The notes below the pieces were generated by a model. The model had not been told where the DNA came from. It saw nothing but the letters and a program-made list of their open reading frames with translations, and searched no databases. From contig CAVWBW010000008.1 in the NCBI GenBank assembly GCA_963753395.1, positions 206,511 through 270,510 on the forward strand: 64,000 nt of DNA. Reading direction: 5' to 3'. Numbering within the stretch: position 1 is the first letter of the stretch; each line of letters opens with the position of its first letter. A program made the position numbers and the translations under genes. The stretch comes from an uncultured delta proteobacterium (GTDB taxonomy: Bacteria > Myxococcota_A > Polyangia > Polyangiales > Houyiibacteriaceae). Of this stretch, positions 56,200 through 63,508 are shown one piece after another.

Positions 56200-56609
56200 T
56201 GAAGAATCGCAAACTACGGACCGGCGCTCGAACCGGCCTCAGCGGCTACACGCTCATCGATGTCATGATCGTGGTGCTGATCATCTCCGTGCTCGCGACG
56301 GTGGCGGTGAATCGATACCAGGTCTTCGTGGCACGCTCGAAGCGCCCGGAGTCGGTGATGACCTTTCGCGCGCTCGCCGCGCAGCAGCGTGAGTACATGC
56401 TGACGCACGGAAAGTACGCGGGCACCTTCGACGCGCTCGGCTTTCGGGTCGAGGGCGGCGAACGGATTTCATCCACCGAGGTGCAAGGCCGCCGGTACAA
56501 CTACCGGCTCGTCCAGGATGAAGGTCCGCGCTCTTGGTACTGCATCGCCAGCGGAAACCTCGATGGAGATGCCTTCCTCGACATCCTGGGGGCGAGCAAC
56601 CCCCGATAA
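56199..56609 (+). CDS. type IV pilin-like protein (prepilin-type N-terminal cleavage/methylation domain)
   Basis: MKNRKLRTGARTGLSG/YTLIDVMIVVLIISVLATVAVNRYQVFVARSKRPES is a class III signal plus hydrophobic helix, with Asp rather than Glu at +5. The C-terminal part has GNLDGD. It is in frame with, but distinct from, the tail of ORF 55260..56609. Confidence 0.8.
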   Translation: MKNRKLRTGARTGLSGYTLIDVMIVVLIISVLATVAVNRYQVFVARSKRPESVMTFRALAAQQREYMLTHGKYAGTFDALGFRVEGGERISSTEVQGRRYNYRLVQDEGPRSWYCIASGNLDGDAFLDILGASNPR

Positions 56610-56628
56610 AGTGAACGGCGGGTAAGAT

Positions 56629-56663
56629 ACCCCACTTGAGGACTGTAAAAATACTCTTATACT
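56629..56663 (+). promoter_or_regulatory. AT-rich promoter-like leader of repeat-protein gene 1 (paralogous to 58963-59016)
   Basis: ACCCCAC ... TTGAGG-N16-TATACT, then GAGAGGTGA (RBS) and ATG 56683. The ACCCCAC, ACyGTArAAAT, TATACTG and GAGGTG blocks recur upstream of 59038. Confidence 0.45.
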
Positions 56664-56682
56664 GCAATTGAGAGGTGAGACT

Positions 56683-57789
56683 ATGAGTATTTCGCGTTGG
56701 ACCTTCGGCATTGCGCTCGCAGCGGCGGTCAGTCTTTGGGGACTGGTCGAGGCCACCGCGAGCCCATTTTCTATGTTCGTCCTTTCCGATGATCTGGGCA
56801 ATCGTGTAAACGGCAGCGCTCCGGATCAAGGCGAGTGGGAGAACGACAATGGGGATTCGGCGACGGATCCCGGTGGCGGCGACTCCGGGAACCAGGGCGG
56901 CGGCGGAGATTCTGAGCCGGGTGGCGACTCCGGCGGTGGCGACACCGGCGGCGGCGACTCCGGCCGCGGCGGCGGAGATTCCGAGGGTGACTCGGAGGAC
57001 TCCGATGGCGGCGGCAGTATGGGTGGCGGCCCCGGCGGCGGCGACTCCGGCGGCGACTCCGGCGGCGACTCCGGCATGGGCGGCGGCGACTCCGGTGGCG
57101 GTGACTCTGGCGGCAGCAGCGACCACGGCGACTCCGGTGGCGGTGACTCCGGCGGCGGCAGCGACCACGGCGACTCCGGTGGCGGTGACTCCGGCGGCGG
57201 TGACTCCGGCGGCGGCAGCGACCACGGCGACTCCGGTGGCGGTGACTCTGGCGGCGGCAGCGACCACGGTGACTGCGGCGGCGGTGACTCCGGCGGCGGC
57301 AGCGACCACGGCGACTCCGGTGGCGGTGACTCCGGCGGCGGCAGCGGCGGCGGTGACTCCGGCGGCGGCGACTCCGGCGGCGGCGACTCCGGCGGCGGCG
57401 ACTCCGGCGGCGGCGACTCCGGCGGCGGCAGCGGCGGCGGTGACTCGGGCGGCGGCAGCGGGGGTGACTCCGGTTGCGCTTGGTACGACCTCGCATGTCA
57501 CTTCGGTGGCGGCGACTCCGACGGCGGCGGCAACTCCGACGGCGGCGACTCCGGCGGCGGCGACTCCGGCGGCGGCGACTCGGGCAGTGGCAAGAGCAAC
57601 AACGGCCACGGGAACAACGAGGACGGCGTCGACTCGAGCAACCCGGGCAACAGCAAGAAGGGCCAAGACACGCTCTGCGACGACGGCACCTACTGCGACG
57701 ATGAGAACGGTGGCGGCAGTGGCGACTCCGGCGGCAGCTCCGACAGCGGCAGTTCGAGCGACTCCAAGAAGAAGAAGAAGAAGAAGTAG
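56683..57789 (+). CDS. secreted polyanionic Gly/Asp/Ser tandem-repeat protein with poly-Lys C-terminus (paralogue 1)
   Basis: Signal peptide MSISRWTFGIALAAAVSLWGLVEATA and conserved SPFSMFVLSDDLGNRVNGSAPDQGEWEND. About 240 aa of GGDSGG / SDHGDSGGGDSGGG repeats follow, then CAWYDLAC, NNGHGNNEDGVDSSNPG, LCDDGTYCDDE and ...SSSDSKKKKKKK*. An RBS precedes ATG 56683. Confidence 0.75.
   Translation: MSISRWTFGIALAAAVSLWGLVEATASPFSMFVLSDDLGNRVNGSAPDQGEWENDNGDSATDPGGGDSGNQGGGGDSEPGGDSGGGDTGGGDSGRGGGDSEGDSEDSDGGGSMGGGPGGGDSGGDSGGDSGMGGGDSGGGDSGGSSDHGDSGGGDSGGGSDHGDSGGGDSGGGDSGGGSDHGDSGGGDSGGGSDHGDCGGGDSGGGSDHGDSGGGDSGGGSGGGDSGGGDSGGGDSGGGDSGGGDSGGGSGGGDSGGGSGGDSGCAWYDLACHFGGGDSDGGGNSDGGDSGGGDSGGGDSGSGKSNNGHGNNEDGVDSSNPGNSKKGQDTLCDDGTYCDDENGGGSGDSGGSSDSGSSSDSKKKKKKK
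57118..57342 (+). repeat. in-frame tandem repeat, 42-nt unit x5 (one copy carrying an extra 15 nt)
   Basis: AGCGACCACGGCGACTCCGGTGGCGGTGACTCCGGCGGCGGC (SDHGDSGGGDSGGG) starts at 57118, 57160, 57217, 57259 and 57301, with 0-3 substitutions per copy. Confidence 0.9.
57346..57420 (+). repeat. in-frame tandem repeat, 15-nt unit x5
   Basis: GGCGGCGGCGACTCC is repeated four times perfectly (57361-57420), preceded by one GGCGGCGGTGACTCC variant. It encodes GGGDS. Confidence 0.9.
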
Positions 57790-57822
57790 GCGCACGGTAG
57801 GCAGTGGCAGGACCTCTTTCCC

Positions 57823-58941
57823 ATGCGTCGCGTCTTCACCAACATTCTTCTTCTTGGCCTAGTCACCGGGTTCGGCGCGCTCCACGCGCTGAACCCGGAC
57901 CTCTACTACCAGCACGTCCAGGAGGACCAGCCGCTCGAGTGGCTGACCTTCTGGGCGTTCATGCTGGCGGCGTTTTTCTACGGGCGCGCAGCGGTCCTCG
58001 AACGCAAGACGACACGCCTGCCGTGGTTCTTGGTCGGTCTCTCGGCGTTCTGCTTCATCGTTGCGATGGAGGAGATCTCGTGGGGCCAACGCCTCTTCGG
58101 ATACGAGACGCCGCGCTACTTCCTGCAGAACAACTACCAGAAGGAGCTCAACCTCCACAACGTGATGGCGACGAGCATCCGAAAGCTCATCGTCGCTCTC
58201 ATCCTCGGCGGATATGGGTTGCTTCTGCCGCTCCTCCGGCGTCTTCGATGGACGAGTGGCATCTTCGACAAGCTCGGCCTGAAGGCTCCACCCGCTTCGC
58301 TCGCGCCCTCATTCGCACTGCTCTTGGTCGTCTACGTCCTGTACCCGTGGCGCTACACCGGCGAGATCATCGAAGCGGGTATGGCGCTCGCTTTCCTCTT
58401 CTCCGCGATGGTGGCGTTTCACGAACGCGACGTGGTCAACGAGCGCCTCGATCGCTGGATGGTGCTCGCGGGCAGTCTCAGTATCGTGGTCGCGCTCGGC
58501 TTCGGAAGTGCGTTGTGGTCGCGCGGGCGGCTCTCCGCCGATCCCGTCGTCGCAGAAGTGACCGCGACCGAAATCCGAGCGCTTCGACGGGACATCGCGA
58601 AGATCATGAGCAACGCAGATGATCTCTGCGGATACCACGAACGGCTCGCGCACTTCTCGTCGCGACGCCAGGCACACCGATTGAACGATGGGCGGTTCAT
58701 GCGGCTCAAGGAGTACGGACTCCCCGAGGAACGGGCCGAGTTCTTCATCGACCCGTGGAGCACGGCGTACTGGGTCCGAACCACGTGCGACGACGAGCGC
58801 ATCAAGGTCTTCCTCTACTCGTTCGGCCCCAATCGTCGCCGCGACTCCAGCAGGTGGAAGCGCAAGGGCGACGACATCGGCGTGATTTTCCGAATCCGGC
58901 GGACGCTGCCCGACGGTGATGCGGTAGCGCGCCGCGACTAA
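57823..58941 (+). CDS. polytopic membrane protein with GspG/pseudopilin-like C-terminal domain
   Basis: About 6-7 TM segments in the first 230 aa (conserved-looking AMEEISWGQRLFGYETP). The soluble C-terminus has FIDPWSTAYWVR...KVFLYSFGPNRRRDS...GDDIG. This resembles the T2SS GspG globular-domain pattern (DPWGxxY...LxSxGxDG...DDI). Confidence 0.65.
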   Translation: MRRVFTNILLLGLVTGFGALHALNPDLYYQHVQEDQPLEWLTFWAFMLAAFFYGRAAVLERKTTRLPWFLVGLSAFCFIVAMEEISWGQRLFGYETPRYFLQNNYQKELNLHNVMATSIRKLIVALILGGYGLLLPLLRRLRWTSGIFDKLGLKAPPASLAPSFALLLVVYVLYPWRYTGEIIEAGMALAFLFSAMVAFHERDVVNERLDRWMVLAGSLSIVVALGFGSALWSRGRLSADPVVAEVTATEIRALRRDIAKIMSNADDLCGYHERLAHFSSRRQAHRLNDGRFMRLKEYGLPEERAEFFIDPWSTAYWVRTTCDDERIKVFLYSFGPNRRRDSSRWKRKGDDIGVIFRIRRTLPDGDAVARRD

Positions 58942-58962
58942 GCGCCCGGACGCGGGGCATTA

Positions 58963-59016
58963 ACCCCACAATTGGTGCGCGCGCTCACCGTAGAAATGTA
59001 GTTTTTTGTATATACT
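58963..59016 (+). promoter_or_regulatory. AT-rich promoter-like leader of repeat-protein gene 2
   Basis: ACCCCAC ... ACCGTAGAAAT ... TATACTG, then GGGAGGTG (RBS) and ATG 59038. Same block order as 56629-56682. Confidence 0.45.
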
Positions 59017-59037
59017 GAATTCATGGGAGGTGTCAGC

Positions 59038-59553
59038 ATGAACACAACGCGTTGGATCTTGGGGGCCGTACTGGTCGGAGCCGTGAGTGTGTGGGGGCTG
59101 ACAGAGGTCGGCGCGAGCCCCTTCTCGACTTGGATCTTGAGTGATGATCTTGGAAACCGAGTCCAGGGAAGCGCTCCGGGGCAGAGCGAATGGGAGACCG
59201 ATCCAGGATCGGGCTCAGATGAAAGCGGCGACAGCGAGGATGGCAGCGCCACCGACGGCGACGGCAGCGGCGGGGGCAACAACGGGCACGGCAACAATGA
59301 AGACGGCGTGGACTCGAGCAACCCAGGCGGAGGCAAAGACAACAACGGGCACGGCAACAATGCAGATGGCGTGGACTCGAGCAACCCAGGCCAGGGTAAG
59401 GGCGGGCCGAATGCCGAGGTAGACGAATCTTGTGACGGAACCGGCGAGTGCGTCGACGACGAGATCAAGAACGGCGGTGGCGATACCGGCTCGGAAGAGA
59501 CCACCACCGAAGAGACCAAGACGAACAACGGCAAGGGTAAGGAGAAGAAGTAG
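59038..59553 (+). CDS. secreted acidic Gly/Asp/Ser-rich protein with Lys-rich C-terminus (paralogue 2)
   Basis: The N-terminal 57 aa are 36/57 identical to paralogue 1 (MNTTRWILGAVLVGAVSVWGLTEVGASPFSTWILSDDLGNRVQGSAPGQSEWETD). Two copies of NNGHGNN[EA]DGVDSSNPG, then SCDGTGECVDDE, ending ...TKTNNGKGKEKK*. Confidence 0.75.
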   Translation: MNTTRWILGAVLVGAVSVWGLTEVGASPFSTWILSDDLGNRVQGSAPGQSEWETDPGSGSDESGDSEDGSATDGDGSGGGNNGHGNNEDGVDSSNPGGGKDNNGHGNNADGVDSSNPGQGKGGPNAEVDESCDGTGECVDDEIKNGGGDTGSEETTTEETKTNNGKGKEKK

Positions 59554-59574
59554 TCTCGCCCTGGCTATCAAGTC

Positions 59575-59606
59575 GAAGGCGCCCTCCGGGGCGCCTTCGT
59601 CGTTTA
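59575..59606 (+). terminator. rho-independent terminator closing the repeat-protein locus
   Basis: GAAGGCGCC-CTCCGG-GGCGCCTTC stem-loop followed by GTCGTTTAA. Confidence 0.7.
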
Positions 59607-59681
59607 ACCTCGATGTCGGCGGCGGTCGCCCTGCGTAACGCGCGGCTTGACGTACTGGCGATTCGGGGCTTCCCTCGGTGC

Positions 59682-60509
59682 ATGAGCTTCCCCACGCCGT
59701 TTCGAGCGGTCATCACCGGCGCGGGCAGCGGCCTCGGCCGCGCGCTCGCGCTCGACCTCAGTGGGCGCGGCGCCTCGGTCGTCGTCTCCGACATCGATCC
59801 TTCCTCCGCCGAGGAGACGGCGGCGCTCCTGCGCACGCAAGGCACGCGCGCCGAGGTGATCCCGTGCGACGTCACCGATCGCGACGCTGTCTTCGGCCTC
59901 GTCGACGAGGCCGAGCGACGGCTTGGCGGCGTCGACTTGCTGGCCAACAACGCCGGCGTCGCCGTTGGCGGCCCCTTCGAGGAGATCTCGATCGAAGACT
60001 GGCGCTGGGCTGTCGACATCAATCTTTGGGGTGTCATCTACGGCTGCCAGGCCGCCGTTCCGAAGATGAAGGCGCAGGGGCACGGCTACATCCTCAACGT
60101 CGCATCGGCCGCGGGCCTCCTCGCGCCGCCGGTCATGTCTGCGTACAACGTCACGAAAGCAGGCGTCGTCTCGCTGAGCGAGAGCCTCTACTCCGAATAC
60201 AAGAGTTCCGGCATTCGCGTGACGGTGCTTTGCCCGACCTTCTTCAAGACCAACATCGTCGGAAGCGGCCGAGGCGCCACGACCGCCAAAGACGACGCGC
60301 AGATCACCCGTTGGATGGAGCGCTCGAAAGTCCAAGCGCCGAACGTCGCGAAAGCCGGAGTGGACGCGGTGCGCGACGGCAAGCTCTACGTGCAGCCGAT
60401 GCGAGATGGGAGAATGGCGTGGCGCCTCAAACGAACGCACCCGCAGCGCTTTTACGACAAGCTCAGCGGTGCGCACGAGAAATACCTCCAGCGTCGCCGC
60501 AAGCCCTGA
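59682..60509 (+). CDS. SDR-family oxidoreductase
   Basis: ITGAGSGLGRALA cofactor motif, NNAG, and S...YNVTKAG (YxxxK). Start trimmed to ATG 59682. Confidence 0.88.
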   Translation: MSFPTPFRAVITGAGSGLGRALALDLSGRGASVVVSDIDPSSAEETAALLRTQGTRAEVIPCDVTDRDAVFGLVDEAERRLGGVDLLANNAGVAVGGPFEEISIEDWRWAVDINLWGVIYGCQAAVPKMKAQGHGYILNVASAAGLLAPPVMSAYNVTKAGVVSLSESLYSEYKSSGIRVTVLCPTFFKTNIVGSGRGATTAKDDAQITRWMERSKVQAPNVAKAGVDAVRDGKLYVQPMRDGRMAWRLKRTHPQRFYDKLSGAHEKYLQRRRKP

Positions 60510-60551
60510 TTAGCGACAATGGGGAGACGCTGCTATCCATCCGCAACGCCG

Positions 60552-61400
60552 ATGCGACTGCTTTCCGCCTTTCTTCTCTCTCTTTGCCTGCCTGTGCTCG
60601 GCTTGGGCCACGCGGCCGCACAGCAATCAGAGGCAGCAGACGCGGGGACCGCTTCCGAGGGAGCCGACGAAGCAGCAGCCGCCTCGGAAGCGATCGAGAT
60701 CGTCCTCGAGGAGCCGTCGACGATGGCCAGAGAGGCCTTGGCGCACAACGCGCGCATCTTCGACCAGATCCTAGTTCAATCGACGGAGGCGACGATTCTC
60801 GAGGAGAAGTTCGCGGCGGCGGCCGGCATCACAGGCGGGGCGATCCTGCTAGGCCTGTCGGCTTGGCGGTTGATCGAAAAGACTCCGCAGAGCGCCTACT
60901 CGCGCGGGCTCGGCGTGATGTTCATGACACTCGGAATGGCAGACCTCACCACCGGCATCTTCGCGGCCGCCCGCATCCCGCATGAGAAGCGTCGACTCGA
61001 CCGCTGGCAAAAGGCCCGCAAGAACGGCGTGAGTGCGGTAGAGCTCGCGCACTTCGAGGGAGAGCTTCAGGCATCGCAGGAGATGCGCAACGGTGAACGC
61101 ATGCTGGTGCGATGGAACGGTCTCACGCACGCCATCGCCGGCGTGCTGGTCCTCGCGCTCACGCCGGTGCCCGATGGTTCGAGCCGGGCCGACCGGGTGT
61201 CCGGCTACGTCGTCGGTGGCGTGTTCACAGCGGTCGGCCTCGGCACGTTTGCGGCGACGTTTCGGCCCACGCCGAGTGAGAAAGCGTGGGAGCAGTACAG
61301 CAAGCAGAAGATGCCGGTACCCGGCCACGAGTTCAGCTGGGGCCTCGCACCGCAGATTTCGCGCCGAGGGGCCGGCTTGTCCTTCGGCGCCACGTTCTGA
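60552..61400 (+). CDS. hypothetical secreted/membrane protein
   Basis: MRLLSAFLLSLCLPVLGLGHAAAQ signal peptide (alternative ATG 60519) and several hydrophobic segments; no family recognised. Confidence 0.5.
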   Translation: MRLLSAFLLSLCLPVLGLGHAAAQQSEAADAGTASEGADEAAAASEAIEIVLEEPSTMAREALAHNARIFDQILVQSTEATILEEKFAAAAGITGGAILLGLSAWRLIEKTPQSAYSRGLGVMFMTLGMADLTTGIFAAARIPHEKRRLDRWQKARKNGVSAVELAHFEGELQASQEMRNGERMLVRWNGLTHAIAGVLVLALTPVPDGSSRADRVSGYVVGGVFTAVGLGTFAATFRPTPSEKAWEQYSKQKMPVPGHEFSWGLAPQISRRGAGLSFGATF

Positions 61401-61413
61401 TAGGAGGGCTGTG

Positions 61414-62157
61414 ATGGAGCTCGATCAACTGAAAGTCATCGTCACCGGCGGCGCCTCTGGACTCGGAGAGCATTTCGCCAAACAACTTCTCGCTGCGGGC
61501 GCTCAAGTCGCCGTCGGTGATGTGAACGAGGAAGGCCTCGCTGCCCTTCCCGAGGGCATTCATCGTCGCAAGCTCAACGTCGCCGACCAGGACGAGATCG
61601 CGAGCTTCGTGCCGTGGGCAGCCGAGCAGATGGGCGGCCTCAACGGCCTCATCAACAACGCCGGCGTCATCCGCGACGGCCTCTGGGTCGGCAAGAGCCG
61701 CTCGACCGGCCAGATCCGCCGCATGTCGCGCGAAGACTGGGATCTCGTGATCGCGATCAACCTCACGGGCGCCTGCCTCATGGTGCAAGAGGTCGTCGCC
61801 CACATGATCGAGCGCGACGAGCCAGGGGTGATCGTAAACATTTCCTCTATCGCTCGGCATGGCAACCGCGGGCAGACGAACTACGTCGCCGCCAAGGCCG
61901 CCCTTGCCGCCAACACGCGAACCTGGATGAAGGAGTTTGCGCCCTACGGCATCCGCGTCGCCGCCGTCGCACCAGGGGCGACGGAAACCTCGATGACCGC
62001 CGGCATGAACCAAAAGGCGCTCGACATGATTCGTGCCTCCGTCCCCCTCGGCCGCATGGGCCAGCCTGAAGACATCTGGCGCGCGGTGAAGTTCATCTTC
62101 GACTGCGACTACTTCACTGGCGAGACGATCGACGTTCACGGCGGCGCAGCGCTCTAG
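61414..62157 (+). CDS. SDR-family oxidoreductase (FabG-like 3-oxoacyl reductase)
   Basis: GGAGGG RBS. VTGGASGLGEHFA, NNAGV, SS...YVAAKAA motifs. The upstream part of ORF 61093..62157 overlaps the previous gene. Confidence 0.88.
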   Translation: MELDQLKVIVTGGASGLGEHFAKQLLAAGAQVAVGDVNEEGLAALPEGIHRRKLNVADQDEIASFVPWAAEQMGGLNGLINNAGVIRDGLWVGKSRSTGQIRRMSREDWDLVIAINLTGACLMVQEVVAHMIERDEPGVIVNISSIARHGNRGQTNYVAAKAALAANTRTWMKEFAPYGIRVAAVAPGATETSMTAGMNQKALDMIRASVPLGRMGQPEDIWRAVKFIFDCDYFTGETIDVHGGAAL

Positions 62158-62489
62158 GAGCCAAGCGCGCGCATGATGGCGCGGTGAAGAAAGTACGCCA
62201 GCGGCAAGAACGCGCAGCCGATCGCGTACGCGCCCCAAAACGACAGTCGGTCACGCATCAAGAACGGAATGAAGAACAGCAGCGTGATCGGCAACGCGAC
62301 CACGATGCTCCGCGCCATATCGAACACGCTCCCCGCATCCCGGTGTTGCAGATAGGCCAACGGCAATACGAGCATCGTCGCGAGCGGAAGGGCGACGATG
62401 AACCCCGCAGTCGCCGGATAGCGCCTCGAGAGCCACGCCGCGATGCCAATGACCACGGCCGACACGAGCGTGTTCAAGACGAGAAGCAT
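62154..62489 (-). CDS. small 4-TM membrane protein
   Basis: Start trimmed to ATG 62489, 2 nt after the DctP-like stop. 111 aa, almost entirely hydrophobic helices. Confidence 0.55.
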   Translation of the reverse strand: MLLVLNTLVSAVVIGIAAWLSRRYPATAGFIVALPLATMLVLPLAYLQHRDAGSVFDMARSIVVALPITLLFFIPFLMRDRLSFWGAYAIGCAFLPLAYFLHRAIMRALGS

Positions 62490-62491
62490 CG

Positions 62492-63505
62492 CTACTTCCC
62501 AGCGGCGACCTTCTCCACGGCTTCGAGCAGGCTCTTGCTGTACACGCGGCCGGTGAGGTTCTTTCGAGTCTGCGTCTCCACCGCGTCCCACTCGGCTTGG
62601 TGGACCGAGATGTCGACCTCAGTCATTCCTCTCGTGATCATCGACTCATAGGCCCTGTCGTCGTCGCGGCGAGCCAGCGAGTCGAGCGCTCTTGCGGCCC
62701 GCTCACTCGTGTCGAGGAGCGCCTCTTGGTCGGGCCCGGAGAGCTCATCGAACTTCTCCTGCTTGATCAGGGAGCCGCCGACGATGATCGCGAAGTTGTC
62801 CTTGGCGACGTAGTTCAACCGCGTGTACCACTGCATCGCAACGGCTGCGATGGACGAAGTGGGAACGACGTCGATCATGCGCGTCTGGAGACCGCCGTAT
62901 ACCTCCGGAACCCCCATGCGCACAGGGTTGGCGCCGATGATCCGCATGAGCTCGGCAAAGATGGGATCGTCCTTCCAGGCCCAGGGCCGAAGCATCTTCA
63001 GGTCCTCGGGCTTCGAGAACTTCTCGACCGAGAAGATTCGGTTCTTGCCGGCCTCGCCCCACGCCATGTTCTTGAAGCCGGCAGCCTCGAACATCTCGTT
63101 GAAGCGGGGTCCGAGCTCGGTGCGGGCGCGCTCGAGCTGATCGTACTCGGTGATCAGACCGGGCGTGCTGAGCACCAGGACCGGTCGCACGACCATCCCG
63201 AGGCCGGTCGTCGTGACTCCGGCTGCATCGACCTGTCCGGCGCGTACCTTGCGGATGAAGTCGCGCTCGTCTCCCTGGCTGCCACCAGAGTAAAAACGCA
63301 GCTCGACCCGGTTCTGGGTCGCCTTCTTCAAGCTCCGGTTCCAGGCCTTCATGACTTTCATGAACGCCGAGCCGGGCGGCGCAAGCGACGCGAAACGGAT
63401 GACGGTCGCGCCCTCCGCATCGGCCCCCGGAGAAGAGACGGCGCCAGGCAGGAGGAATGCAACGACGGCGAGGGTCGCCACGAAGAGCTGCCTCCCGCGA
63501 GTCAT
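62492..63505 (-). CDS. TRAP-type transporter substrate-binding protein (DctP family)
   Basis: Signal peptide, then VIRFASLAPPGSAFMKVMKAW...LRFYSGGSQGDERDFIRKVRAGQVDAAGVT, a DctP-like pattern. Confidence 0.8.
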   Translation of the reverse strand: MTRGRQLFVATLAVVAFLLPGAVSSPGADAEGATVIRFASLAPPGSAFMKVMKAWNRSLKKATQNRVELRFYSGGSQGDERDFIRKVRAGQVDAAGVTTTGLGMVVRPVLVLSTPGLITEYDQLERARTELGPRFNEMFEAAGFKNMAWGEAGKNRIFSVEKFSKPEDLKMLRPWAWKDDPIFAELMRIIGANPVRMGVPEVYGGLQTRMIDVVPTSSIAAVAMQWYTRLNYVAKDNFAIIVGGSLIKQEKFDELSGPDQEALLDTSERAARALDSLARRDDDRAYESMITRGMTEVDISVHQAEWDAVETQTRKNLTGRVYSKSLLEAVEKVAAGK

Positions 63506-63508
63506 CGC

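Noticed and set aside
55260-56609. The single 449-aa ORF 55260..56609 taken at face value
   Set aside because: GC3 and peptide quality collapse between ~55960 and 56198 in this frame. The segment is better explained as the frameshifted pseudokinase tail in another frame, plus a separate pilin-like gene starting at 56199.
56880-57600. Possible CRISPR array, suggested by regular short repeats
   Set aside because: The units are contiguous 15- and 42-nt in-frame coding repeats with no unique spacers. They lie inside an ORF with a signal peptide.
56281-57862. ORFs 56281..57795(-), 56771..57496(-) and 56849..57862(+) across the GGDSGG repeat tract
   Set aside because: These are alternative-frame or antisense readings of a tandem repeat (poly-A/V/T or poly-R/S products). 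Only the 56683 frame has an RBS, a signal peptide and a paralogue (59038..59553) supporting it.
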